Both the position numbers and the translations under genes were made by a program. 64,000 bases of DNA, taken from the IMG/VR virus record IMGVR_UViG_3300023180_000018; one strand, given 5' to 3'. Of this stretch, positions 28,740 to 38,478 are shown piece after piece. Every line of letters begins with the position of its first letter. The stretch's first letter is position 1. The notes below the pieces were generated by a model. The model saw nothing but the letters and a program-made list of their open reading frames with translations. It had not been told where the DNA came from and searched no databases. This DNA is from a virus.

Positions 28740-29152
28740 AGTAAACCAGGCAGTGCCTCCTCAACTAGTTTTTTAGTAATAGATTTATAGGGCATTTTTT
28801 TGTCTTTAACTGACAATAAAAGCTTTGCTTCATCTGCGTGAATTCCTTCAAGAAGCTGAATAAATAAAACTTCTCTACGTACAGGCTTGAGGCCAGGATT
28901 TGTTTGACCTTCAATAAACAAATACATTTTACGCAATTCTTGATATAAACCACTTTCATCTAAATCTTTATTTGGTTTATAGGGAGGATCTCCTTCCGGT
29001 AAAAGGAACCGAATTGAATCATCCCAAACGTACTTAAAAAATTCTTTCATCACAGGATTTCCGCGATGATAACGTAAATGTTCAATTTTTTCTTTTTTAG
29101 TTTTTTTAGCTTGTACTTCAGCTAAAACAGCGCTTACTAGTGGTGGTTTCAT
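28736..29152 (-). CDS. Conserved T4-like hypothetical protein downstream of rnh
   Basis: LPEGDPPYKP..RREVLFIQLLEGIH..EAKLL..KDK. Confidence 0.75.
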   Translation of the reverse strand: MKPPLVSAVLAEVQAKKTKKEKIEHLRYHRGNPVMKEFFKYVWDDSIRFLLPEGDPPYKPNKDLDESGLYQELRKMYLFIEGQTNPGLKPVRREVLFIQLLEGIHADEAKLLLSVKDKKMPYKSITKKLVEEALPGLL

Positions 29153-29153
29153 A

Positions 29154-30020
29154 TTAAAACTCGTTTAAATTTTCGGTTAAGTTTTTTAGCTTATGCTTAA
29201 TGAAATAATTAAAAAGTTGGCTTCTATCTTTAGATGCTTGATTTTCTAATTGTACATATACAGAATCACTAATTTCTTCAGGTACTTCCTTAAGATCAAT
29301 GAGTGATTTATTTCGATAAAAATTTCTAAGTTCTTCACCTTCAAATACGTCTGAAGGATCTTTGATTAATAAATCACTAATCCAATTTTTCATTTTTTTA
29401 TTAGACACAGGTTTTTGTCTAGAACCACTAACAAATACATCATCAGCACTTAAAAAATTAGGAACACCATCTCCTACATCACCCTTAATTATATGTTCAA
29501 AAAGGAATGAATAAGGATCAGAATTAGATAACCAACGTTTTCTGACAGGATCATATTGTTTAACATTAGAATAACATTGTAATTGAACAAAATCTTTATC
29601 TCCTGAAAGAATCAAAATAGGTTCTCCGCCGAGGTCTTTGCCAAATTTTTTGCATAATGCAGCAATGATATCGTCAGCTTCCGCAGTGTCGACTTGAATT
29701 GTTGGATAAGGAAAAAATTCTTTAAGTTCATCTCTGACTTTGTTTAGACTTTCAAAAATTGAATTCCAATCTAATTTGGATTCTTGTCTATTTTTTCGGC
29801 GGGAAGCTTTATAATAAGGAAAAATTTGCCGGCGCCAATTATTCTTGTCATCGCACGCAATAATTAAATCGCCAAATTCGTTTTTAAATTTTACACGATT
29901 CATACGAATTGAGTTAAGAATCATATGCCTCAGTAAATTTTCATTTACTTCTATTGAATGGCCTCCTAATTGTGCCATCAAATTAGCAATCATTACTTGG
30001 TTTAAATCTAATATAATCAT
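29154..30020 (-). CDS. rnh: RNase H (5'-3' exonuclease)
   Basis: WRRQIFPYYKASR, EADDIIA, SGDKDFVQL, GDVGDGVPN. Confidence 0.93.
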   Translation of the reverse strand: MIILDLNQVMIANLMAQLGGHSIEVNENLLRHMILNSIRMNRVKFKNEFGDLIIACDDKNNWRRQIFPYYKASRRKNRQESKLDWNSIFESLNKVRDELKEFFPYPTIQVDTAEADDIIAALCKKFGKDLGGEPILILSGDKDFVQLQCYSNVKQYDPVRKRWLSNSDPYSFLFEHIIKGDVGDGVPNFLSADDVFVSGSRQKPVSNKKMKNWISDLLIKDPSDVFEGEELRNFYRNKSLIDLKEVPEEISDSVYVQLENQASKDRSQLFNYFIKHKLKNLTENLNEF

Positions 30021-30045
30021 AATTTTTTATCTTTACAAAAGATAC

Positions 30046-30074
30046 ATTCTACACTATAAACATCAAAATGTCAA
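30046..30074 (-). promoter_or_regulatory. sigma70-type promoter TTGACA...TAGAAT upstream of rnh
   Basis: TTGACATTTTGATGTTTATAGTGTAGAAT on the - strand. Confidence 0.7.
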
Positions 30075-30440
30075 CTAATCTTCTAAATAATTGAAATCAA
30101 AAGATAATTGAGGATTTTCTTCATTTTTCTCTACATATGGTTCATATACTTCCACAGCTAGCTTTTGGATTGGATGTTTCATATCATTACACTTAAATAA
30201 AACTGATCTTATATTTTCGTATAAAAATGAAATATCATACAACATTTTTTTGTTATTAAAAACGTATCCATATTCTGTCATATGATGAATCAGCATTCCT
30301 GCTAGCTCTTCAGAAATTTCTTCTAGATAACGATGGCTCTGTCTATTGGGTAACTCTTTTGGAAGAGTTGCATCTGTTGGAATTCTAAATTCACGCTTCT
30401 TCATTTTCTTAAGATCTGGAAACTGAATTACGTTATCCAT
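30075..30440 (-). CDS. Hypothetical protein
   Basis: ORF; N-terminal NVIQFP, C-terminal QLSFDF. Confidence 0.65.
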   Translation of the reverse strand: MDNVIQFPDLKKMKKREFRIPTDATLPKELPNRQSHRYLEEISEELAGMLIHHMTEYGYVFNNKKMLYDISFLYENIRSVLFKCNDMKHPIQKLAVEVYEPYVEKNEENPQLSFDFNYLED

Positions 30441-30441
30441 G

Positions 30442-31452
30442 CTAGGTTCCTGTGTTAATTGTAAACATTGCCTTTTTAATTGAACGATCTTTAATATTTA
30501 GGCTTAATGACTTCAAAAATGCAGTCCACTCTACAGATCGCTGTTTCCAACTATAAAATACATTTGCGTATGTTTGCATTGGTTGCAATCTAGATTGAAC
30601 GCTATCGTTAGTATAATTATCTATAACACTTTTAAGAATTTGATAGAATAAATTTGCGTGTTCATTAGCATCTTCTTGTAATTGATACATATGTGTCCAA
30701 TTTGCTGATGTTTCTGGTAATGCAGCATAATTTGAATGAACACATGCTAATCCAGCACTCATTGCTTCCATTAAACACATACAAGATGTTTCAGCCCATA
30801 CTGATGGATAAGCAAAGATATGAGATTTTTGTAATTGTTCTCTAACTACTGATTGAGGTTGCGTACCGTGATATATCATCTGGGGATGCGCTTCAATTTT
30901 ATCAAATAATTCTTTGTATTGTTCATCTCTTTTTTCCCATCCATATAATTTGAATGAAGAAAAAACATGTAGTTTTAGATTCTTATGTTCTTCTGCTAAT
31001 TTTTCAAAAACTGGTACTAAGACATTTAATCCACGATGCGGGGTAGGCGTATAAATTATATTTAATTCTTCTTTTGGATCTGGTTTTTCTATTGGTGCAA
31101 TAGGATCAATAGCGTTTTGAATAACTTGACACTTTGACCAAGGCAATCCATAATGTTGCATATAGGCTTGCATTTGCCAATTTGAAACAAAAATAAATCT
31201 ATGAAATTTATTATGATTTTCTTTTTTCTTTAAAAAATCAGATTCAGGATCTCCCGGCAAATCATGGGCCCAAAATAATCTAACCTTTGTTTCATCCAAA
31301 TCATCTCTCATTCTAGATACAACAATTTGGACATCTTCTAGTATTTTTTTATCAACATTATTTACTAACGCTTGCGATAATAATTCAGTACCACCCATTG
31401 AATTTTCATTTGTTTCATTACGAATGAATTCACCATTATAAATTTGGGACAT
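30442..31452 (-). CDS. Glycosyltransferase (GT-B, family 4-like)
   Basis: GGTE, FVSNWQ, PHRGL, YPSVWAETSCMCLMEAMSAG (EX7E). Confidence 0.85.
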   Translation of the reverse strand: MSQIYNGEFIRNETNENSMGGTELLSQALVNNVDKKILEDVQIVVSRMRDDLDETKVRLFWAHDLPGDPESDFLKKKENHNKFHRFIFVSNWQMQAYMQHYGLPWSKCQVIQNAIDPIAPIEKPDPKEELNIIYTPTPHRGLNVLVPVFEKLAEEHKNLKLHVFSSFKLYGWEKRDEQYKELFDKIEAHPQMIYHGTQPQSVVREQLQKSHIFAYPSVWAETSCMCLMEAMSAGLACVHSNYAALPETSANWTHMYQLQEDANEHANLFYQILKSVIDNYTNDSVQSRLQPMQTYANVFYSWKQRSVEWTAFLKSLSLNIKDRSIKKAMFTINTGT

Positions 31453-31682
31453 TATAACATTTCCTTAGCTTTAATTAAATTTTCTGTTCTTACAGAAGCA
31501 ACTTCACCCTGTAGTCCAGCTTTACTTATATGGCCAGCTGGAAAAGGGATAAGAACTTTAGAATGCTTATTCCCTTTTGATAACATATATACTCGCCGTT
31601 TTCCTTTCTTTAAATACCACACATCTTTATCGACAAATGCAGAATTTACTTTTTGGATATCTTCATTATAATCTGTTTTCAT
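31452..31682 (-). CDS. Hypothetical protein
   Basis: ORF in operon. Confidence 0.5.
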   Translation of the reverse strand: MKTDYNEDIQKVNSAFVDKDVWYLKKGKRRVYMLSKGNKHSKVLIPFPAGHISKAGLQGEVASVRTENLIKAKEML

Positions 31683-31893
31683 TAAAATATTCCTTCAATT
31701 TATCAAACCCACCTATTTCTTTGCCATCAATTAGAATGTGTGGGGCCATCCTAACATGCGGAAATTTTTTAATAAATCCTTCTCTATCTTTATCAATAGA
31801 TTTTTCATTAAATACCATACCCTTCATTCTCATTAATCTTTTCGCGGCTTCACAGTGTATACAATGGTTTTTGGTGTAAATTGTTGCGTGCAT
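31666..31893 (-). CDS. nrdC: Glutaredoxin
   Basis: CIHC active site, APHILIDG..IGG. Confidence 0.88.
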   Translation of the reverse strand: MHATIYTKNHCIHCEAAKRLMRMKGMVFNEKSIDKDREGFIKKFPHVRMAPHILIDGKEIGGFDKLKEYFNENRL

Positions 31894-32322
31894 TTATATC
31901 TCCTTTAAATTTTTTCCGTTAATTTTTCCACCAATAAATTCATTGTAATAACCCTCATCTAATAATACGTTTCTTTTTATTTGTTCTTCCATTTCGTAAT
32001 AAGCACACTGTGTTTTAGTATAGCATAATTTTAATATAGTTCTATTGATTTTGTCAACCCCAATGTTATCAATTTCTTCTTTTAATTTTTTATTAGAACC
32101 GTAATAATTTTTCCAATCAGATTCTACTTTTACTTTTTTTCGCTTACCATTTTTTTGACGTGTAACCGTAGTCCAAAAAAATTTTTTACCAACATATAAT
32201 TTATTATTGCTGGTATTTTCTAATAGATATACCATTCCATAATATTCTCCAATGTCTTCACTGTTGAATATGTTTCCTGAGATCTTCCAGGGATTTTGGT
32301 ACATAGGGTTCTGGGTGTTCAT
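31894..32322 (-). CDS. GIY-YIG-like nuclease domain protein
   Basis: GMVYLLEN..KLYVGKK..YYGS..E..YYN. Confidence 0.65.
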   Translation of the reverse strand: MNTQNPMYQNPWKISGNIFNSEDIGEYYGMVYLLENTSNNKLYVGKKFFWTTVTRQKNGKRKKVKVESDWKNYYGSNKKLKEEIDNIGVDKINRTILKLCYTKTQCAYYEMEEQIKRNVLLDEGYYNEFIGGKINGKNLKEI

Positions 32323-32758
32323 ATAATATTTCTACTTCTATCCCAGCTTCTTTAAACATTTCATTTGATAAATTAAAGCTTTCATTCCATTTTGGATCAG
32401 TCATTGATAATGCTGGTATTTTTACATTCTTAATCCCTACCTGTATAATACCTTTAGCGCATTCACTACAAACAGGTAAGCCCCAAACAAATAATGTTGC
32501 ACCTTTCGGTGACACACCATTTAAACACGCATTATAAATTGAATTCATTTCAGCGTGTACGACGTATTTATATTTTTCTTCTCTGTCATCATAGCGATTA
32601 TTATCTTCTATGCCGGCTGGGAATCCATTATAACCAGTCGCAACAATTTTTCGAGATTCATCTACAATAACTGCGCCAACTTTACGGGATGGATCTTTTG
32701 ACCATTCCGATATATGTTTAGCTAAATTCATAAATCTAAATTTCCAATGTGCTTCCAT
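32258..32758 (-). CDS. cd: dCMP deaminase
   Basis: WSKDPS..VGAVIV..TGYNG..HAEMN..PVCSECAKGIIQ. Confidence 0.92.
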   Translation of the reverse strand: MEAHWKFRFMNLAKHISEWSKDPSRKVGAVIVDESRKIVATGYNGFPAGIEDNNRYDDREEKYKYVVHAEMNSIYNACLNGVSPKGATLFVWGLPVCSECAKGIIQVGIKNVKIPALSMTDPKWNESFNLSNEMFKEAGIEVEILYEHPEPYVPKSLEDLRKHIQQ

Positions 32759-32901
32759 TAATCTTCTTCTTCATCATACAAATAATCTTCAACTTCACAG
32801 CTACAAATTGGACAAAAAAGTTGTCCGTTTTCTTCATCATATTCATGTACAAAAATATCTGTTACATATCCACACGATAAACAATTAATTTGTGTTTTCA
32901 T
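32758..32901 (-). CDS. Small zinc-ribbon protein (47 aa)
   Basis: Manual translation with CLSC..CPIC. Confidence 0.6.
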   Translation of the reverse strand: MKTQINCLSCGYVTDIFVHEYDEENGQLFCPICSCEVEDYLYDEEED

Positions 32902-33707
32902 ACTCTATCCTCTGGTTCTGAATATATTCCTGCTCTATATATTTTTTTAGCTACCTCAGGATCACCAGTTTTGTATGAATTTGAAATTTCACTGACCTCA
33001 ATATTTCCTCGAGAATAACCAAATTGCATAGGAACTTTGAATTCATTATCATATACTTTTCTAGAAATTACACCGATCATTGGATCTCCACCACCTGGGC
33101 TTCTTTTCCATTCATCTAATTTAAATTTTTTCGGCAATTCATCTAGACCAGTTTGTTGCATAGTCAAAGGTATAATTTTCATTTGTGTACATAAATCATC
33201 TGAAATACAAAAAAATTCTACAACGTATTCATTTTCAGCAGCAAGACACGCAAACAACTGTGGTTGGTAATTATAAAATCCATGATCTGACCATTTATAA
33301 TATGGAAGCACGTGTATCATATATCCGCCAACTTTAGTTAAATCATGCATATTTTTAAAAACGGCGTATTGATTAAATACGTGCTCACTTGTTCCATTAT
33401 TTGTAACTAAATCAAATTGTTCGGTCCAATTATAATGAGTTTTTAAATCTTTATTTAAATCTAAAGCTATAGCATCTAATTTTGTATTTACATCAATTGC
33501 TACATATTTTTTATAACCTAACGCTTCATAAAATTGTTTGGTAGATTCATACTTATCTTTCAAATAAGGACGTTTTCCAGCCTTTAGGATTTGAAGTATT
33601 CTTCTATTATTTTGAGTTTGATTTCCAAAATCACAAACGGTTTTATTTTCATTGTGTATAAGTTCATCTGCACGATCAACCACATACGTCATCATATCAT
33701 TAAACAT
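32898..33707 (-). CDS. Class I SAM-dependent methyltransferase-like protein
   Basis: VCDFGNQ, IDVN, DLN, FDLVTNNGTSEHVFN, KVGGYMIH. Confidence 0.7.
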   Translation of the reverse strand: MFNDMMTYVVDRADELIHNENKTVCDFGNQTQNNRRILQILKAGKRPYLKDKYESTKQFYEALGYKKYVAIDVNTKLDAIALDLNKDLKTHYNWTEQFDLVTNNGTSEHVFNQYAVFKNMHDLTKVGGYMIHVLPYYKWSDHGFYNYQPQLFACLAAENEYVVEFFCISDDLCTQMKIIPLTMQQTGLDELPKKFKLDEWKRSPGGGDPMIGVISRKVYDNEFKVPMQFGYSRGNIEVSEISNSYKTGDPEVAKKIYRAGIYSEPEDRV

Positions 33708-34801
33708 TACAATTCAAATCCTTTAAAACTATCAGTATCAATATCCTTTTTTATTCCACCAATAATATATGATGTAATTTCTGTTTCTTGCGGTGCTACT
33801 TGAACATCAGATCCACTAATCCATTTTTGTGTCCAAGGCAATGGATCATTTCCACCCTTATACGGAGATTTAATTCCAGCCGCTAACATTCTTTTATGCG
33901 CGATCCATTCTACGTATTCGCATAAAATATCTTCATTAAGGCCAATCATTGTTCCATCTTTAAAAAGATATTTGGCCCAAGTTTTTTCTTGATCTACTAC
34001 GTTTTTAAATATGTTAATAATTTCTTCTTCACATGTTTCTTTTAATTCTGCAAAATATGGATCATCTTTTGGTAAAATTTTAAGTAAATGTTGTGTAGAT
34101 GCTAAATGTACATTTTCATCTCTTGCGATTAATTTAATAATTTTAGCGTTACCTTCCATTTTCTTAAGTTCAGCGAATGCCCATGAACATGCAAACGAAA
34201 CATAAAATCTAATTCCTTCAAGAGCGTTAACTGCGTTTAATGCTAACCATAAAGATTTTTTATGTTTATTTTCGTTATACTTTAACAGTTTTTTATTCAT
34301 AATTTCTTCATTATTTTGACTTATTAAAATGTCGTAATATTTCGAAATATCATCAGCGCAATCAACAATTTGTTTAATATCTAATAATTCATCAAACACT
34401 TTAGAAGGATCTGGATATACATTTCTAATAATGTGTGTATAACTTCTTGAATGTATTGTTTCACTAAAAGACCATGTTAAAATCCAATTTTCTAATTCTG
34501 GCAAAGAACAAACAGGTAAAAACGCTTCAGCCGGAGCTCGGCCTTGTACTGAATCTAATACAATTTGACGTTTTAAATTTGATGTAAAAATGTGTTGTTC
34601 ATGCTCTGTAAGATTTTTAAAATCTTTACTATCTCTACTAATATCTACTTCTTCTGGTCTCCAAAAAAATCCTAATTGTTTTTCAGTTAATTTTTCAAAG
34701 ATTTGATATTTCTGTTTATCGTATCTTGCAACATTTACCGATTGTCCAAAAAACGCAGGTTGATTTACAGCATCTATTTTTCTAGTGTTAAAGACTGACA
34801 T
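33707..34801 (-). CDS. nrdB: Ribonucleotide reductase class Ia beta subunit
   Basis: FFWRPEE, DSVQGR, ETIHSRSY, EGIRFYVSF, RDENVH, APQETE; start ATG 34801. Confidence 0.96.
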   Translation of the reverse strand: MSVFNTRKIDAVNQPAFFGQSVNVARYDKQKYQIFEKLTEKQLGFFWRPEEVDISRDSKDFKNLTEHEQHIFTSNLKRQIVLDSVQGRAPAEAFLPVCSLPELENWILTWSFSETIHSRSYTHIIRNVYPDPSKVFDELLDIKQIVDCADDISKYYDILISQNNEEIMNKKLLKYNENKHKKSLWLALNAVNALEGIRFYVSFACSWAFAELKKMEGNAKIIKLIARDENVHLASTQHLLKILPKDDPYFAELKETCEEEIINIFKNVVDQEKTWAKYLFKDGTMIGLNEDILCEYVEWIAHKRMLAAGIKSPYKGGNDPLPWTQKWISGSDVQVAPQETEITSYIIGGIKKDIDTDSFKGFEL

Positions 34802-34802
34802 T

Positions 34803-35588
34803 TTATTCCTTATTAAAATTCCATCTGTTAATCCATGCCGCGTAATTAGTATCATAACTTAAACAAAACATATATCTGTTATGAATTCCAGTTTTTCTTT
34901 GAGTAACAGCATGAAATGCTACTGGACTATTTGGAAATATAATCATATTTCCTGGTTCGTATTTTATTGTTTTACATTTTACTACTGTATTGATATCATC
35001 AACTATGTTTCCTCTTTTACACGGGAGACCATAATATAATTCTAGATCTCCTCCTAAATCATCATCTTTTTGTTTTAAATATAATAACGTAACAAAAACT
35101 TTAGTAGGTAAATCATGATGAGGTAAACATGCGTTAACCCTTTCTTTACTTCGTAAATTAGTAGCATTAGGATTTGCTAATACTTCTTGATTATATTTTG
35201 AAAATGTAGAAATAGAATTTAAGTATATCTCTTTCTTTTCTTGTTCAGAAAAACTAGTAGAATGCGTATATAATTTTCTAGGAGTATTCTTATTTTTAAG
35301 TGTAATAGGTTCAACGGATAAACCTTTTAACATTGGAAAAGAAAATTCTTCCGTTAAAGAATCAAAATACTTTTGATAAAAATTTTCTTTTCCGTTTGCA
35401 AGATAATCTATTCTCCAATCACCTTTATAGTTATCTCTCCACAATGGAAGAGTATTATAGTTATCTGCAGCGTGTTCTACTTCTTCTTCAGTTAAAGCCT
35501 TTTCAAAAAATATATGGGGAAAAGGATCATTGAAAAAATGTTTAGACCTATCATATTGCTTAAATATTTTCCAAATTAATTCATCCAT
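34803..35588 (-). CDS. 2OG-Fe(II) oxygenase inserted between nrdA and nrdB
   Basis: DPFPH, PHHD..VTLLYL..GGDLEL..FHAV..R. Confidence 0.8.
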   Translation of the reverse strand: MDELIWKIFKQYDRSKHFFNDPFPHIFFEKALTEEEVEHAADNYNTLPLWRDNYKGDWRIDYLANGKENFYQKYFDSLTEEFSFPMLKGLSVEPITLKNKNTPRKLYTHSTSFSEQEKKEIYLNSISTFSKYNQEVLANPNATNLRSKERVNACLPHHDLPTKVFVTLLYLKQKDDDLGGDLELYYGLPCKRGNIVDDINTVVKCKTIKYEPGNMIIFPNSPVAFHAVTQRKTGIHNRYMFCLSYDTNYAAWINRWNFNKE

Positions 35589-37876
35589 TAGATCTTACAG
35601 CTTTCACAATCTTCGTCTGATTCTAAAATAGATTGTTCTAGTTCTGGCAAATCTTTTACTTCCATTTCTCCAGCACCATCAAACGTATTGTTATAATATA
35701 ATTGCTTACCGCCATACTTATAAAACATTAAAACGTGTTGAATCATATCTGATAAAGGAATTTTTTCATCTTCATAATGTAATGGATTATATGAAGTATT
35801 AACTGAAATTCCTTGATCTATGAATTTTTGTAGTACAGCACAAATTTTCAAATAACCTTCCGGTGATTTTTGATCCCACAATAAATCGTATTTGTTTTTG
35901 AGTCTTTGAATACTTGGTACAACCTGCTTTAAAATACCATCTTTTGACTGTTTAACTGATACTAAAGCCCGCGGAGGTTCGATTCCATTAGTGCTATTAC
36001 TTATCTGCGCCGATGTTTCAGCAGGCATGAGTGCCATTAACGTACTATTACGTGGACCAATATCAAAAGCTCTTTTACGAAGTGTATCCCAATCCATATT
36101 GTATTTTGGCTGTACTAATTCATCCACATCTTTTTTATAAGTGTCAATAGGTAAAATGCCATTTCCGTATTTACTTTCACACGGCAATTCACATGGACCA
36201 ATTTCTTCTGCTAAGTCTATAGATGCTTTAATCAAATAGTATGACCATGCTTCAGCATATTCATGTAATAATTCTAAATCTGGATTTTGATATGTAGTAT
36301 CGTTTTTTGCTAACCAAAACGCAAGATTAATAATACCGATTCCAAGAGGCCTTCTATTTTTTGTAGATAATTCGGCAGCAAGAATTGGATAACTCTGGAA
36401 AGACAATAATGCATCTAATGCACGAACAGCTAAAGTACATGGTTTTTCAAAATCTTCTGGTTTTTTAATTTTACCCCAATTAATTGCAGCCAATGTACAC
36501 AAACTAATTTCACCTTCATCATCGTATAAATGCTTTAACGGTTTTGTAGGTAAATCAATTTCACAACACAAATTACTTTGTCTAATTGGTGCTAATTCTT
36601 TCATAAAAGCACCGTGATCATTTGCATGGTCTACATTCATTAAATATACACGGCCAGTATCTTTACGTTCTTGAATGAATGATGAAAATAAATCAATTGC
36701 AGGAATTGACTTTTTACGAATAGAATATGCACGTTCATATTTTTCATACAATTCTCTAAATTTATCTACATCAACATAAAAAGCATCATATAAATCTGGT
36801 ACATCATTCGGTGAGAATAGAGTAATGTTACCACCTGATAATAAACGTTCATACATTACTTTATTAAATTGAACGCCATAATCTAAATGTCTTACTCTGT
36901 TTTCTTCTGTGCCTTTGTTGTTTTTAAGGACGAGGATGTCTTCGACTTCGTAGTGCCATATAGGATAATATAAAGTCGCTGCGCCACCTCTGACACCGCC
37001 CTGTGAGCACGATTTAACAGCGCTTTGAAAATATTTGAAAAATGGAGTAACGCCAGTATGAGAAGTATCTCCATTACGAATCGAAGAACCGATAGCGCGA
37101 ATGCTACCCGCTCCAATACCAATTCCAGCTTTTTGCGAAACATATTTTACTATAGCCCCCGCGGTTGCATTGATTGAATCGAGTGAATCATCAGTTTCAA
37201 TTAAAACGCATGATGAAAATTGTCTTTGAGGAGTTCTAACTCCTGCCATAATTGGTGTTGGCAAACTGATGTCAAATAAACTAATAGCATTATATAAGTC
37301 AACAACCCAATTTAATCGCGTTTCTTTAGGATAGCTATGGAATAATGTCATTGCAATACACATGATAGCCATTTGAGGCGTTTCATATATTTTACCATTA
37401 GTTCTATTTTTTACTAAATATTTTCCACGAAATTGTTCCATTGCAGCGTACGTAAAAAGGAAATCTCTGCTATGGTCAATTTTTGTATCTAAAAAATCTA
37501 TTTCATCTTTGGAATATTCATCCATAAGAATATCATCATAGATTTTTTCACTTACATTTTGTATAATATGTGCAGCTAATGTTGGAGGTTCAAATTGTCC
37601 AAAAACTTCTTTTCTTAGACCATAGTTAATTAGACGGCCGGCAACATATTGATAATTAGGAGCATCTTCTGAAATAAGGTCAGCGGCTGCTTTAATTAAT
37701 GTTTCTTGTACATCTATGGTTTTAATGTTATTATAAAATTGCAAATGGGTTTTAATTTCTAAATCTGATGCTGATACTCCTGCTAAATCATCACACGCAA
37801 AACCAGCAACTTTATGAAATTTATTAAGGTCAAGTGGTTCCTTAGAACCATCACGTTTTGTTACCATTATGTCCAT
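35588..37876 (-). CDS. nrdA: Ribonucleotide reductase class Ia alpha subunit with ATP cone
   Basis: VTKRDG, FSSCVLI, SQGGVRGG, QSNLCCEI, CTLAAIN, C-terminal CESCKI. Confidence 0.97.
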   Translation of the reverse strand: MDIMVTKRDGSKEPLDLNKFHKVAGFACDDLAGVSASDLEIKTHLQFYNNIKTIDVQETLIKAAADLISEDAPNYQYVAGRLINYGLRKEVFGQFEPPTLAAHIIQNVSEKIYDDILMDEYSKDEIDFLDTKIDHSRDFLFTYAAMEQFRGKYLVKNRTNGKIYETPQMAIMCIAMTLFHSYPKETRLNWVVDLYNAISLFDISLPTPIMAGVRTPQRQFSSCVLIETDDSLDSINATAGAIVKYVSQKAGIGIGAGSIRAIGSSIRNGDTSHTGVTPFFKYFQSAVKSCSQGGVRGGAATLYYPIWHYEVEDILVLKNNKGTEENRVRHLDYGVQFNKVMYERLLSGGNITLFSPNDVPDLYDAFYVDVDKFRELYEKYERAYSIRKKSIPAIDLFSSFIQERKDTGRVYLMNVDHANDHGAFMKELAPIRQSNLCCEIDLPTKPLKHLYDDEGEISLCTLAAINWGKIKKPEDFEKPCTLAVRALDALLSFQSYPILAAELSTKNRRPLGIGIINLAFWLAKNDTTYQNPDLELLHEYAEAWSYYLIKASIDLAEEIGPCELPCESKYGNGILPIDTYKKDVDELVQPKYNMDWDTLRKRAFDIGPRNSTLMALMPAETSAQISNSTNGIEPPRALVSVKQSKDGILKQVVPSIQRLKNKYDLLWDQKSPEGYLKICAVLQKFIDQGISVNTSYNPLHYEDEKIPLSDMIQHVLMFYKYGGKQLYYNNTFDGAGEMEVKDLPELEQSILESDEDCESCKI

Positions 37877-37878
37877 AA

Positions 37879-38094
37879 TTAATCTTCAAACCATTCCAAA
37901 ATTTCATTCGCGGAATCTAATAATTCTTTTGCGTCTGCGTACGCGGTGATTTGTTCATGTACAGCTTCAACTAAATCGGGATGTTCACCAATACCTACTG
38001 AGTTATGCATATAAGTATGTACATTTGCAATTGCTTTATCCATGTCTGCTTTATATTTCGAAATGTTAGCTTTAATTAAATCTGTACGTGCCAT
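37879..38094 (-). CDS. Conserved hypothetical protein
   Basis: VGIGEHPD motif; coupled ORF. Confidence 0.65.
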   Translation of the reverse strand: MARTDLIKANISKYKADMDKAIANVHTYMHNSVGIGEHPDLVEAVHEQITAYADAKELLDSANEILEWFED

Positions 38095-38294
38095 TATTCT
38101 TCCTCTATTTTTACTGTGTAATCAAATACCATATTATACTTAGTACGTAAAAAATCCATGATACTATCTATTCCCGCGTTAGAACCATCTGCAAATCCAT
38201 CTGAATACGCGTCTGCTTTTCCTACAAAAGATCCTAGTTTATAACTTATGAAAATAACTCCAATGACTAAAAGGGTGTGAGTAACATCATCCAT
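38094..38294 (-). CDS. Small membrane protein
   Basis: N-terminal hydrophobic helix. Confidence 0.55.
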   Translation of the reverse strand: MDDVTHTLLVIGVIFISYKLGSFVGKADAYSDGFADGSNAGIDSIMDFLRTKYNMVFDYTVKIEEE

Positions 38295-38478
38295 TCCATA
38301 CTCCTAATACGTAGTTTTCTGCAGCGTCTTCTACATAATAAACGGACTTATCATTATAAGTTCTTGTTTTAACTTCATCACCTTCCCAGCACTCTAAGAC
38401 GTATTCTTTTGATTCATTCTGTTTCACTAACGCATGTCTTTTTTGATCATGTGACCAATATTCAGAGATCGTATTCAT
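38287..38478 (-). CDS. Conserved hypothetical protein
   Basis: YVEDAAENYV motif; ATGA overlap with primase stop. Confidence 0.6.
   Translation of the reverse strand: MNTISEYWSHDQKRHALVKQNESKEYVLECWEGDEVKTRTYNDKSVYYVEDAAENYVLGVWNG

Noticed and set aside
34803-35588. Possible intron or homing endonuclease between nrdA and nrdB
   Set aside because: Both nrd genes are intact and the insert has 2OG-oxygenase motifs, not HNH/GIY-YIG/LAGLIDADG
35975-35990. GGTTCGATTCC, resembling a tRNA T-loop
   Set aside because: Lies inside nrdA (antisense of NGIEPP) with no cloverleaf around it; no tRNAs found in the window
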